Source: an uncultured Chloroflexia bacterium
GTDB lineage: Bacteria > Chloroflexota > Chloroflexia > Thermomicrobiales > UBA6265
Assembly (NCBI GenBank): GCA_963724295.1
Contig: CAVRUC010000007.1
Location: 352,001-416,000 of the forward strand
Direction: 5' to 3'
DNA length: 64,000 bases
Part shown: positions 9,593 through 19,508 of the stretch, piece after piece
How the letters are laid out: each line of letters starts with the position of its first letter
Numbering within the stretch: the first letter of the stretch is position 1
The notes under the pieces: model-generated
Seen by the model: the letters and a program-made list of their open reading frames with translations, nothing else
What the model was told of the DNA's origin: nothing
Database searches by the model: none
Position numbers and translations under genes: made by a program

Positions 9593-11101
9593 CTATGGTT
9601 CATCGGGGAGGACTTGAAGCAGTTCCGATGCCCGAAGCGCCAGGTGCAGGGTAAGCCACAACCGCGGATCACTCACATCGCGCCCGATCAGCTCGCCAAT
9701 CCTTCGTAATCGGTAGGCAAGCGTATTGCGGTGGATACCGAGCCGACTCGAGGCATCGGCGTGTGAGCCTCCAGTTTCGAGGTAGGCACGTAGAGTGTCG
9801 CGAAGGGTTCCCCTTTTGTCGCGACGTTCGAGCGCCCCCAGGGCTTCCGACACGAACGTGCGGAGCTCGCTCGTCTCCCGTAGCGGATACAGCAATTTGA
9901 ACGCACCGATGTCATCGATCGAGTCGAACGAGGCGGCTCGGAGCGGGAACCGCGGCTCAGTCTGGAGTCTCGCGATAAACCCCGCCTCTCTCGTCGCAGC
10001 CGAAAGCCCGACGACGCCTGAGACTGGCGCCGAGATGGCAAGAGTTGCCGTAGTCCCGTGCGTTTCGGCGAGCCAGCGCCGCTTTGCGTCGGCAACCCTG
10101 CTGCCCATGGTATCGGAACCGGTACGACCGCTGGCGGCAACGAGCAACGTCCGCCGTCCGTTGACCTCACCCGCCGCGTGGACCGTTCCGAGCGGCCCCA
10201 GCGCATTCGCCATCGCCGCATCACTGTCGCCAGTACAGACGGCGACAAGAAACGTCGCGTCGGGATCGATGCCAAGCGCGAGTGCCGCCGCCCGTTGCTC
10301 AGCCGGGCTTCCCGAATGACCGGCTAGTAGCGCTTCTACAGCCTCGACTCGACGTGCTCCCCGAGGTCGTGCCGCATCATCTTGGCGGGCGGCGATCGTC
10401 ACAGCAGCGACAATCCGATCGACCAGGAAGCGTCCAATCACGCGCTGTTCCGGGCGCAGCGGTCCCAGAATCACTGTCAACCCGGATGGCAGCGCTCGCT
10501 CGACCTGGATGTCATCAGCCGGGTGGGAAGCATGATCTGCGACGACGTGATCCTGGGGCGAAGCGGCCAGCGGACGCCCCTGGGTATCGATGACCCGAAC
10601 GGGCAGGCCCGATAGATCGGACGTGGTTTGAACTAGTGCCCTCAAACCTGAGCGACTGGCGCCCAGATCCGTCATCTTCCGCTCGAGCTCACTGCCAACA
10701 CGGTAGAGATTGCCACGGCACTCAGTCAGCAGCCGATTGATCCCTGTCTCGGTGTCCGGAGTGAGATCGCCATCCCAGCGGAGCAATGCAACGCCGTCCA
10801 TGGAATCGGCCTTGGGAACGCCCGGTCCACCTCGTTCGACAACCACGGCAACCACTTCTCGGAGCTTGGCTTCTCTCAAGAGCGCCGGCAATTCTCCGCC
10901 GACGACAGCGATCACTCGCGGCGGGATGAGCACGACTTCGCCACCACGGAGCTGGGGCAGATGGGGCGCCGTCGAACGGGCGGAAACGACCCAGGAAACG
11001 ACACCACTCCCGCTTGCCGCCATGTCGGGCGCTTCGCGGTCCTCTGCAGCCGATGACAGTCGAGGCTCGAGCACAATCAGATCGTCAAGCGTGATTTCCA
11101 T
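9593..11101 (-). CDS. PucR/CdaR-family transcriptional regulator
   Basis: N-terminal LRGGEVVL PucR-like segment; C-terminal HTH TLRAYLETGGS..LGIHRNTLAYRLRRI; SD before ATG 11101. Confidence 0.9.
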   Translation of the reverse strand: MEITLDDLIVLEPRLSSAAEDREAPDMAASGSGVVSWVVSARSTAPHLPQLRGGEVVLIPPRVIAVVGGELPALLREAKLREVVAVVVERGGPGVPKADSMDGVALLRWDGDLTPDTETGINRLLTECRGNLYRVGSELERKMTDLGASRSGLRALVQTTSDLSGLPVRVIDTQGRPLAASPQDHVVADHASHPADDIQVERALPSGLTVILGPLRPEQRVIGRFLVDRIVAAVTIAARQDDAARPRGARRVEAVEALLAGHSGSPAEQRAAALALGIDPDATFLVAVCTGDSDAAMANALGPLGTVHAAGEVNGRRTLLVAASGRTGSDTMGSRVADAKRRWLAETHGTTATLAISAPVSGVVGLSAATREAGFIARLQTEPRFPLRAASFDSIDDIGAFKLLYPLRETSELRTFVSEALGALERRDKRGTLRDTLRAYLETGGSHADASSRLGIHRNTLAYRLRRIGELIGRDVSDPRLWLTLHLALRASELLQVLPDEP

Positions 11102-11231
11102 GCTGGACCGCGATTCCTTCGCCTCGCTTGTTCGTCCGGTGTGCCGGCCTGAGGCGTGCCCGCTTGCCTCGCACCATCCACTGCGACGAATAATACGGAA
11201 ATCGGACAATGTTCCAGGTAAGGTCGACTCC

Positions 11232-12050
11232 GTGAGACTCGTTGCTTCGCGCACAGACGGATTACAGAACGCCACACTCGTTATCGTCTCGATCGCCGGT
11301 CTCCTGGCATTCTTCCTGCCGTTTCTGATCTCGGCCCTGCCGAATGCAGGCGGCCAGGTCTCGTCGCGAACGGTTGAGGCGTCGCTGCTCCTGGCACTCA
11401 TCGTCGGCGGATCACTGATCGTGACCGTCGCGGAGCTCGTTCGCGGACCGGGCTCAGGCAATCAGGCCCGTTCCGTGGCCTTGCTGGGAGCGCTGGTAGC
11501 CATCGACGCTACGCTTCGCCTTGTGCCCTCATTTCTTGGAGCGTCGCCGATCTTCGCGCTCATCGTGCTCGTGGGCTATGTCTTCGGTCCCCGCTTCGGC
11601 TTTGTGATGGGTACCCTCACGCTGTTGCTCTCCGCGGCGATCACGGCCGGGGTCGGTCCGTGGCTTCCCTTCCAGATGCTGTGCACGGGATGGATCGGCG
11701 TCGCCGCGGGCTGGTTGCCACGATGGACATCGGCTCGTGCCGAACTGGCCACCGCGGCGGCGCTCGGCGCGCTCACGGGATTTGCCTACGGAGCGTTGAT
11801 GAATCTCTACTCGTGGCCATTTGCTGCTCCCGGTGTGACCGAAGACGTGGGACTCTATTGGTCACCGGGACTGTCCCTGTTCGAAAGCATCGAGCGCTAC
11901 GCGGCATTTTATGTAACGACCTCGCTCCTGCACGATACGACCAGAGCCATGGCCACCGCTTTCCTCATCGTTGTCGCCGGTGCGCCGGTGCTGCGGTTGC
12001 TGCGGCGCTTTCACGGCCGCGCGGCCTGGTCCACTTCACTGCCACGGTAG
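11232..12050 (+). CDS. ECF transporter S component (CbrT-like)
   Basis: Multi-TM protein with GYVFGPRFGF and GVGPWLPFQM motifs; the 10710-11231 extension overlaps pucR and is probably not coding; start uncertain. Confidence 0.75.
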   Translation: MRLVASRTDGLQNATLVIVSIAGLLAFFLPFLISALPNAGGQVSSRTVEASLLLALIVGGSLIVTVAELVRGPGSGNQARSVALLGALVAIDATLRLVPSFLGASPIFALIVLVGYVFGPRFGFVMGTLTLLLSAAITAGVGPWLPFQMLCTGWIGVAAGWLPRWTSARAELATAAALGALTGFAYGALMNLYSWPFAAPGVTEDVGLYWSPGLSLFESIERYAAFYVTTSLLHDTTRAMATAFLIVVAGAPVLRLLRRFHGRAAWSTSLPR

Positions 12051-12197
12051 AAAAACAGAAAGCGTGCCCCGCTCCGTGGTCGACCCCGGGGAACCGAGCG
12101 ATCCACCGCGGTCGCCATTTTGTGACCACACAGTCACAGCTCTGCCGTCTCTGTACGTACACCCCTCGCTCAGTCGCGGGAACTGGAACGGGCATGC
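12051..12197 (-). ncRNA. ssrS: Putative 6S RNA-like rod-shaped ncRNA
   Basis: On minus strand GCAUGCCCGUUCC pairs with GGAGCGGGGCACGC and ACUGAGCGA with UCGCUCGGU, with a central bubble, apical hairpin UGUGAC/GUCACA and 3' UUUCUGUUUUU tail. Confidence 0.6.
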
Positions 12198-12204
12198 TGA
12201 CACG

Positions 12205-12284
12205 TTGGCACATATTGTGTTTCCAGGTTCGCCTTAGTACTATATGTCGTACTGCGGAAGCGGAGTGGCCTCGATATGTAGCCC
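12205..12284. promoter_or_regulatory. Three NrdR-box-like sites at 32-bp spacing upstream of nrdJ
   Basis: 12205 ttggcacATATTGTGT, 12237 gtaCTATATGTCGtac and 12269 cctCGATATGTAGccc versus consensus acaCwAtATaTwGtgt. Confidence 0.75.
12215..12243 (+). promoter_or_regulatory. Putative sigma70 promoter of nrdJ
   Basis: TTGTGT-17 bp-TACTAT, overlapped by the first two NrdR-like boxes. Confidence 0.5.
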
Positions 12285-12379
12285 CGCGAGGTGTGTTGGC
12301 GCGAGAACTTCACCGGATGGTAGTCGCGACCGGAACGGGCCGGTTACCTGCGATTCGGTGATGTTGGTGACGAGGGCGG

Positions 12380-15300
12380 ATGATGAAGGCAAACGGACGA
12401 GGCAGCAAGACCGGACTGAAAGTCGAGCGACGGTTCACCGCCGACAGCGAAGACGCTTACTCGAGCGTCGAATGGTCCACGCGGACATCGCGCATCACGA
12501 ATCCGGACGGCACCGTCGTCTTCGAGATGGCCGATGCCGAGGTGCCAGCCGAGTGGTCGCAGGTCGCGTCCGACATCATGGTCTCGAAGTATTTCCGCAA
12601 AGCGGGCGTGCCTCAGGTCGACGCATCAGGTAGTCCGCTGCTCGACGAGTCGGGCAAGCCTGTCCTCGGCCCCGAGCGATCGGCGCGACAGGTGATCGGA
12701 CGATTGACCGGTGGCTGGCGGCACTGGGGCGAGAGCAACGGCTACTTTGCGACGGCCTCCGATGCCAAGGCGTTCCAGGACGAGCTCGCCTACATGCTCG
12801 TCCACCAGATGGCGGCGCCGAACTCCCCCCAGTGGTTCAACACCGGGTTGGCCTGGGCCTACGGCATCACCGGACCCGCCCAGGGTCACTATTTCGTCGA
12901 TCCCGCCGACGGGCAGGTGAAAGCCAGCGACGATGCCTACACGCGCCCGCAACCCCACGCCTGCTTCATCCAGAGCGCAAACGACTCGCTGGTCGAACCG
13001 GGGGGGTTGATGGACCTCTGGGTTCGCGAAGCGCGCATCTTCAAGTACGGATCGGGAACGGGGACGAATTTCTCCGCGGTCCGTGGTGAGGGCGAGCCGC
13101 TGTCGGGCGGTGGCACCTCATCGGGTTTGATGAGTTTTCTGCGGGTCGGAGATCGCGCGGCGGGCGCCATCAAGAGCGGCGGCACCACGCGCCGTGCCGC
13201 GAAGATGGTCATCGTCGACGTCGATCACCCAGACGTCGAAAAGTTCGTCAACTGGAAAGTCGACGAGGAGAAGAAAGTCGCCGCGCTCATCGCCGCTGGC
13301 TATCCGAGCGATTTCAATGGTGAGGCCTACGCGACAGTCTCCGGCCAGAATTCGAACAACTCCGTCCGCGTCAGCGAGGAATTCCTCGAGGCGGTCGAGC
13401 GCGATGAGGATTGGCACCTGCGGTGGCGGACCGACCCTTCGCATGTCAGCAAGACCGTCAAGGCGCGCGAGCTTTGGCGGCAGATCGCGGAAGCGGCCTG
13501 GCAGTGCGCCGATCCGGGTCTTCAGTTCGATACGACGATCAACGACTGGCACACCTGCCCGGAGGCCGGGCGCATCAATGCCAGCAACCCGTGTTCCGAG
13601 TACATGTTCCTCGACAACACGGCCTGCAACCTGGCATCGCTCAACCTGCTGAAGTTCCTCGATCTGGAGACCGGCCAGTTCGACGTCGACGCGTTTCGCC
13701 ACGCGGTTCGGCTGTGGACGATCGTGCTCGAGATCAGCGTGTTGATGGCGCAATTCCCTAGCGAAGAGATCGCCCGGCTGTCATTTGACTACCGAACGCT
13801 TGGCCTTGGCTACGCCAACCTGGGCACCGTGCTGATGTTGCTCGGCATGCCGTACGACTCGGATCAGGCGCGAGCCTACGCCGGGGCGCTGACGGCGCTG
13901 ATGACGGGCGAGAGCTACGCGGCCTCGGCCGAGCTGGCCGGCCACCTGGGACCCTTTCCCGGCTTCGCCGCCAACCGGGAGCACATGCTGCGCGTGATCC
14001 GCAATCACCGGCGCGCGGCGTACGACGTGGCGCCATCTGAGTATGAGCGGCTTTCCGTCTTGCCAATGCCGATCTCCGCCGACCACGTCCCCGCATCACT
14101 GCTGGATGCCGCGCGTGAAGCCTGGGACCGCGCGCTGGCGGACGGCGAGCGATACGGCTACCGCAACGCGCAGACGACCTTGCTTGCCCCGACCGGCACG
14201 ATCGGGCTGTTGATGGACTGCGACACCACCGGGGTGGAGCCCGATTTCGCGTTGGTGAAATTCAAGAAGCTCGCCGGTGGCGGCTACTTCAAGATCGCCA
14301 ACCAGAGCATCGAACCCGCGCTGCGCAACCTTGGGTACTCCGCCGCCGAGCGGCAGGCCATCCTGACCTACGTGTTGGGAACGATGACGCTCGAGGGCGC
14401 GCCGCACATCAACCGCGGTTCCCTGCTGGAACGCGGCTTCGTGGACGGAGACGTCGACAAGATCGAGGCGGCGCTGCCGGGAGTCTTCGAGCTTGGATTC
14501 GCGTTCAACATCTGGGCGCTCGGCGAAGACGCATTGCAGCGGGCGGGAGTCTCGGCCGCGGATGCGAGCCGGCCCGGATTTGACCTTCTGCGAGCGCTTG
14601 GGTTCAGCCAGCGCGAGATCGATGAGGCGAACGCCGTCATCTGCGGGTCGATGACAGTCGAGGGCGCTCCATTCCTGCGGGAGGAGCATCTGCCGGTCTT
14701 TGATTGCGCCAACAAGTGCGGCAAGACCGGAACGCGCTTCATCCACCACATGGGTCACATCCGCATGATGAGCGCCGCACAGAGCTTCCTTTCGGGCGCC
14801 ATCTCCAAGACGATCAACATGCCGAACGAGGCGACCGTCGAGGATGTGCTCGACGCCTATGAGCAGAGCTGGCGGCATGGCATCAAGGCCATGGCCCTCT
14901 ACCGCGATGGTTCGAAGCTGAGCCAGCCTCTGTCCGCCAAGAGCGACTCCACCGTTTCCGCGGAAGCCGCATCGGCCAAAGAAAGCGAGATCGAGCTTCG
15001 CATCGAGCAGGCGACCGCGGAGGCCGTGACCGAAGCACTCGCTCGCGCTCGCGCCGAGTGGGAGCAGGAACGGGCGGCTGCCGCGGCGAAAACACCGGCG
15101 GCAGTCGCGGCCCCGGCGCAGCCGGTTCGCCGCCGGCTACCGGCACGGCGCGGAGGTTTCACTCAGGAAGCTCGAGTCGCGGGAAACAAGGTCTTCCTGC
15201 GCACGGGCGAGTACGAGGATGGCACGATCGGCGAGATCTTCATCGACATGCACAAGGAGGGCGCTGCCTTCCGCTCGATGATCAACTGCTTCGCCATCGC

Positions 15301-15826
15301 TATTTCAAAGGGCTTGCAGTACGGCGTGCCGCTAGAGGAGTTTGTCGAGACATTCACCTTCACCCGATTCGAACCGCAGGGCATGGTTTCCGGTCACCCG
15401 AATATCAAGATGGCCACGTCGATCATCGATTACGTCTTCCGGGTGCTAGGCCTGGAATACCTCGGTCGCACCGATCTGACCCAGGTACCACCCGAGCTCG
15501 ACGAGCCAATGGCTGACGACCAGTCGACCGCGGAGGCGGCGCCCGCATCAGGACCTGGTTCAGCGGTGGCCGAAGGGGGCGAGCCGGCAACCGCGATGAC
15601 CCGGCCGGCGCGGAGCCAGCCTCGCAATGGCCACGGCACGAACGGTCATGCTTCCGACTCGGCCACTGTCGTGTTCGAGTCGACCGCGGCTGTCAGCGTC
15701 ATGAGCGCGCATCTTTCCGAGATGATGGGCGACGCGCCATTCTGCGACGTCTGCGGGCACATCACGGTCCGAAACGGCGCCTGCTACAAGTGTCTGAATT
15801 GCGGCAACAGCCTCGGCTGCTCGTAG
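12380..15826 (+). CDS. nrdJ: Class II (adenosylcobalamin-dependent) ribonucleotide reductase
   Basis: [56 protein letters not shown]-terminal TSCPD-like domain and CDVC/CLNC zinc ribbon. Confidence 0.97.
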   Translation: MMKANGRGSKTGLKVERRFTADSEDAYSSVEWSTRTSRITNPDGTVVFEMADAEVPAEWSQVASDIMVSKYFRKAGVPQVDASGSPLLDESGKPVLGPERSARQVIGRLTGGWRHWGESNGYFATASDAKAFQDELAYMLVHQMAAPNSPQWFNTGLAWAYGITGPAQGHYFVDPADGQVKASDDAYTRPQPHACFIQSANDSLVEPGGLMDLWVREARIFKYGSGTGTNFSAVRGEGEPLSGGGTSSGLMSFLRVGDRAAGAIKSGGTTRRAAKMVIVDVDHPDVEKFVNWKVDEEKKVAALIAAGYPSDFNGEAYATVSGQNSNNSVRVSEEFLEAVERDEDWHLRWRTDPSHVSKTVKARELWRQIAEAAWQCADPGLQFDTTINDWHTCPEAGRINASNPCSEYMFLDNTACNLASLNLLKFLDLETGQFDVDAFRHAVRLWTIVLEISVLMAQFPSEEIARLSFDYRTLGLGYANLGTVLMLLGMPYDSDQARAYAGALTALMTGESYAASAELAGHLGPFPGFAANREHMLRVIRNHRRAAYDVAPSEYERLSVLPMPISADHVPASLLDAAREAWDRALADGERYGYRNAQTTLLAPTGTIGLLMDCDTTGVEPDFALVKFKKLAGGGYFKIANQSIEPALRNLGYSAAERQAILTYVLGTMTLEGAPHINRGSLLERGFVDGDVDKIEAALPGVFELGFAFNIWALGEDALQRAGVSAADASRPGFDLLRALGFSQREIDEANAVICGSMTVEGAPFLREEHLPVFDCANKCGKTGTRFIHHMGHIRMMSAAQSFLSGAISKTINMPNEATVEDVLDAYEQSWRHGIKAMALYRDGSKLSQPLSAKSDSTVSAEAASAKESEIELRIEQATAEAVTEALARARAEWEQERAAAAAKTPAAVAAPAQPVRRRLPARRGGFTQEARVAGNKVFLRTGEYEDGTIGEIFIDMHKEGAAFRSMINCFAIAISKGLQYGVPLEEFVETFTFTRFEPQGMVSGHPNIKMATSIIDYVFRVLGLEYLGRTDLTQVPPELDEPMADDQSTAEAAPASGPGSAVAEGGEPATAMTRPARSQPRNGHGTNGHASDSATVVFESTAAVSVMSAHLSEMMGDAPFCDVCGHITVRNGACYKCLNCGNSLGCS

Positions 15827-15842
15827 CGCATAGGCCACAATC

Positions 15843-15880
15843 AACAGAAGGGGCCGGCGAAATGCCGGCCCCTTCTGTTT
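15843..15880. terminator. Bidirectional intrinsic terminator between convergent nrdJ and cysK
   Basis: Perfect 16-bp inverted repeat AACAGAAGGGGCCGGC-gaaat-GCCGGCCCCTTCTGTT. Confidence 0.9.
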
Positions 15881-15899
15881 CGCGTCAGCAAAAGCGTCG

Positions 15900-16925
15900 T
15901 CAACCGGCAGACATCGCCGCCGCGGATTCGCGCAGCTCGGCGAAGCCCACCGTGCTGAGATAACGTTCGCCCGTATCCGGCAGCACGACCACGATCAGTT
16001 TTCCGGCGTTCTCGGGGCGGCGAGCGACCTCACGAGCAGCGGCAGCGGCCGCGCCACCGGAGATCCCGCACAACAGCCCCTCTCTGCGCATCAATTCATG
16101 GGTAGCGGCAATGGCTGTCTGAGCGTCGATGTGAACGATCTCATCGTAGATCCCGCGGTCGAGCACGTCCGGCACAAAGTTGGCCCCGATGCCCTGGATC
16201 TTGTGCGGTCCCGCCTCACCGGTCGCCAGGAGCGGAGACTCGGCCGGCTCGACAGCCACAACCTGGAGCTCGGGTTTCAGTTGCTTGAGCACTTGCCCGA
16301 CACCGGTGATCGTGCCACCGGTACCCACGCCACCGACGAGAATGTCGATCTTGCCGTCGGTATCCTCCCAGAGCTCGACGGCGGTCGTGCGCCGGTGGAT
16401 CTCCGGGTTGGCGGGATTCTGGAATTGCTGCGGGATCCAGGCATTCGCCGTCTCGGCGACGATCTGCTCGGCACGGCGCACGGCGCCGGACATGCCCTCG
16501 GAGGCGGGCGTGAGCACGAGCTCCGCGCCATAACCGAGAAGCAGGACGCGGCGTTCCAGACTCATGCTCTCCGGCATCGTCAGGATGAGCCGGTACCCCT
16601 TTGCCGCGGCCACCCAGGCAAGAGCAATGCCCGTGTTGCCACTCGTCGGTTCCACGATTGTGGTCACGCCCGGTTCGATCAGCCCCGCGGCCTCGGCGTC
16701 CTCGATCATCGACACGCCGATGCGGTCCTTGACCGAGTAGCCCGGGCTGAAGGCCTCGATCTTTGCAATGAGAACGCCCGGCGCGCCTTCGCCAAACCGT
16801 GACAAGCGTACGAGCGGGGTGTTGCCAATCAGCTCCGTGGCGTCTTCGGCGATGGCAGGGCGATGGCGACGCGGCGTGAGGCTTGTGTCGACGTTGCTGT
16901 CAGGTCCGACCGCCGTATCTGTCAT
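15900..16925 (-). CDS. cysK: Cysteine synthase A (O-acetylserine sulfhydrylase)
   Basis: IGNTPLV, SVKDR (PLP lysine), [40 protein letters not shown]. Confidence 0.96.
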   Translation of the reverse strand: MTDTAVGPDSNVDTSLTPRRHRPAIAEDATELIGNTPLVRLSRFGEGAPGVLIAKIEAFSPGYSVKDRIGVSMIEDAEAAGLIEPGVTTIVEPTSGNTGIALAWVAAAKGYRLILTMPESMSLERRVLLLGYGAELVLTPASEGMSGAVRRAEQIVAETANAWIPQQFQNPANPEIHRRTTAVELWEDTDGKIDILVGGVGTGGTITGVGQVLKQLKPELQVVAVEPAESPLLATGEAGPHKIQGIGANFVPDVLDRGIYDEIVHIDAQTAIAATHELMRREGLLCGISGGAAAAAAREVARRPENAGKLIVVVLPDTGERYLSTVGFAELRESAAAMSAG

Positions 16926-16976
16926 GATGACCCCACATTTCTAGAAACTCATGCTCGGGAAGAGTCGTCTCGAGGA

Positions 16977-17005
16977 ATACTAGAGTTTTGGATCAAATTT
17001 AGCAA
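16977..17005 (-). promoter_or_regulatory. Putative sigma70 promoter of cysK
   Basis: Minus strand TTGCTA-17 bp-TAGTAT in an AT-rich intergenic patch. Confidence 0.6.
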
Positions 17006-17049
17006 AGTTCGTCGGCGATTCAGTTGGTTTGCGGTTTTCGCCAGGGCCC

Positions 17050-17745
17050 CTATCCGGGGATTCTGCCAATATCAACCTGATAATCATGTTCGCTGCCTAG
17101 CCAGGCCGCGCCATCGGCGTAGTGCTCCTTCTTCCAGATTGGCACGATCTCCTTGATCCGCTCGATCGCGTAGCGGCAGGCCTCGAATGCGGCGTCGCGA
17201 TGCGGCGAGGCCACGCTGATGACGACGCTCGCTTCTCCGACCGCCAGCGAGCCGACGCGATGGGCGATGGCCACGTGGTCGATTCCCCAGCGTTCCCGAA
17301 TCTCGTCGCCAATCTGCGCCATAGTCAGCTCAGCGGCTGGCGCATAGGCCTCGTATTCGAGATGGGTCACCGCCTGGCCTCGGCCGTGGTCTCGCACCGT
17401 CCCGATGAACGTTGCGATGGCGCCGGCTCCCGGGTGCGCAACCAGCGACTCCGTGAATCGGGGATCGAGAGCTTCCGACTGAACAGAGAACCGTGGCTGA
17501 CCACCGCCGCTCACCGGCGGAATCAACGCCAGCTCATCGCCATCGTGGAGCTCATGGTCATGTGTCACATAGGCCTTGTTGACCATCAGCATGGTCACCG
17601 GTCTCATGCGTTCCAGCCGAGGATGTTCACGGGTCAGCTCGTCGAAAACGTCTCCGGTTGTGGCACCCTCGGGCAGCTGCCTCCGCTCGGCGGAGCGACC
17701 GACGATCTCACGGATGATGGCGAAGAACCGAATGTCGACGTCCAC
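17050..17745 (-). CDS. MoaD-MoaE fusion (molybdopterin synthase, MoaX-type)
   Basis: Ubiquitin-like N-domain (IRFFAIIRE...GDELALIPPVSGG) fused in frame to MoaE (FIGTVRD, LEYEAY, HRVG, SPHR, VPIWKKE). Confidence 0.93.
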   Translation of the reverse strand: MDVDIRFFAIIREIVGRSAERRQLPEGATTGDVFDELTREHPRLERMRPVTMLMVNKAYVTHDHELHDGDELALIPPVSGGGQPRFSVQSEALDPRFTESLVAHPGAGAIATFIGTVRDHGRGQAVTHLEYEAYAPAAELTMAQIGDEIRERWGIDHVAIAHRVGSLAVGEASVVISVASPHRDAAFEACRYAIERIKEIVPIWKKEHYADGAAWLGSEHDYQVDIGRIPG

Positions 17746-17753
17746 GTGAGCGT

Positions 17754-17981
17754 CTAGAAGTCGCTCAAGTGGACTTTGAGCCGTTTCAGCAGCGCCTGCG
17801 CGGCGACCCGGTTTCCTTCGGCTACCGTGCGAAAAACCGTCGCCGCGTCAGCATCTCCGGCTGCCTCGGCATCCCCCGCGTACTCCAACATCTTCTCCAC
17901 GCCCTGGAGCAGGTTACCGACGGTCTGGATGATGTCGTAGACGACGTTCGGGACGCCGTATTTCATTTCTCCGGGTTCCAT
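17754..17981 (-). CDS. Small helical hypothetical protein
   Basis: NVVYDII...LQG...YAGDAEAAGD...FR pattern; AGAGGAG SD before ATG 17981. Confidence 0.65.
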   Translation of the reverse strand: MEPGEMKYGVPNVVYDIIQTVGNLLQGVEKMLEYAGDAEAAGDADAATVFRTVAEGNRVAAQALLKRLKVHLSDF

Positions 17982-18123
17982 TCCGGTCTCCTCTCGATGG
18001 CCGCGTTCGGTCGACAAGACTTATCACTGCAATCCTGGTTGCCTCGCCTCGATGGTACCAGCGCCGGCATGGACCTGCTGACCCAACGTGCCCACCAGGC
18101 GGACACGTGGTCGACGCTAGGGT

Positions 18124-19363
18124 TTACTCGTTGTCGCCGGTTTCCAGTGGCCCCACCAGGATCGCCTCGACGGACGATCCGGCGCGTATGGGATCGACGC
18201 CGGGCGGGACCAGGATCAACGCGTTGGCGCCCACGAGCGACGCCAATCGCGAGGACGCCTGCGGTCCCGTGGTCGATGCCTTCAAGTGACCGTCGGAGTC
18301 GACGCGAGCGACGGCCCGCTGGAACTCGATGCGATCGGATGGCCGCACGCTGTGATCGAGCCGCACTCGGGCACGAGGACGATCGATCACCGTCGCCCCC
18401 AGCATGGTCCGCAACGCGGGTCGGATGAAGACCTCGAAACCGACGAGCGCGGAAACGGGATTACCCGGCAGGCTGAATATCAGCGTGTCACCCGACGTAG
18501 CGAAGTTGAATGGTTTACCCGGCTTCATGAACACCCGCCGGAAATGGACCTCGGCGAGCTCGGAAAGGAGCGGCTTGACGAGATCGAGGTCACCCATCGA
18601 GACGCCGCCACTGGTGATGACGACGTCGCTCGCCGGCAATGCGCTCGATCAGTGATGACCTCAGGGCGGCGGCATCGTCCGGGCCACGTCCCGCCCAGAC
18701 GACGTCCGCGCCGGCCTCCTCGAGCGCCGCGATCAGGCTGAAACGATTTGCGTCGCGGATCTGCCCCGGGCCAGGCGTTTCACCAGGCTCGACAAGCTCG
18801 TTCCCGGTCGACAGGACACTTACGCGGGGTCGCCGCACTACCAGTACCGGATCCACACCCAGACCCGCCAGGAGTCCCATCTCGGCGGCACCGAGGAGAC
18901 TCCCCCGCACCAACACGACCGACCCCTTTGCCAGATCGACGCCAACAGGTCGGATGTTCTCGCCAGGCTCGACGCGCTCCTGGTGGACGATCACATGTTC
19001 GTCGGCGAGCTCGGTTGCCTCGACTGGCACTACGGCGGTGGCACCCGGCGGCACCGGCGCCCCCGTCGTGATCCAGGCGGCGGTACCGAGACTGACCTCC
19101 AGGTCGGCAACGTAACCGGCTGACTGACGCCCCACGATCTCGCGCCACGGTGACGGGTCGTCCGCGACGACGGCGTATCCGTCCATCGTCGCCGCCGGGA
19201 ATGGCGGCTGGTCTTCGGCGGCCACCAGATCGTCTGCCAGCACCCGCCACGCCGCCTTAGCCAGTGAAATCGGCTCCGCCGGCAAACGCCAGAGGTACTC
19301 AAAAATCGTCGCCCGCGCCTCGTTGGGGTGGATCATGCGATCGGGATCAACAACCGTCGACAC
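18124..19363 (-). CDS. moeA: Molybdopterin molybdotransferase with frameshift near 18644
   Basis: [20 protein letters not shown] and STGNEL in one frame; [15 protein letters not shown] and LPGNPVS in the next; start uncertain. Confidence 0.9.
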
Positions 19364-19508
19364 GCTCGTGGTTTCGCCTCCGAACTCATGCACGTCGCGC
19401 AACGCCGCACTGCGGGCAATGGTACCCGTGAGGCACCATTGGAAAAACGTGTCGATTCACCTGGCGCCGGGGATCACAGCGCCGTTTTCGGCACGTGAGC
19501 CCAATTCG

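Noticed and set aside
10710..11461. Apparent 750-bp antiparallel overlap of the 622-aa and 446-aa ORFs
   Set aside because: Recognisable domains begin at 11101 (PucR) and about 11232 (ECF S). The extensions are stop-free GC-rich shadow sequence
11102..12380. Cobalamin riboswitch before the ECF gene or nrdJ
   Set aside because: No GGGAA / GCCACTG / B12-box arrangement found. The structured element present fits a minus-strand rod-like RNA better
12380..15826. Intein or intron in nrdJ
   Set aside because: The ORF is continuous, with no Cys...His-Asn splice ends or LAGLIDADG motifs. Extra length is Ala-rich linker plus the C-terminal domain
15900..17745. CysO/CysM/Mec-type thiocarboxylate cysteine pathway from moaDE + cysK + JAB
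   Set aside because: The synthase has CysK-type motifs (HKIQGIG) and its own predicted promoter, and the carrier is fused to MoaE, pointing to Moco synthesis
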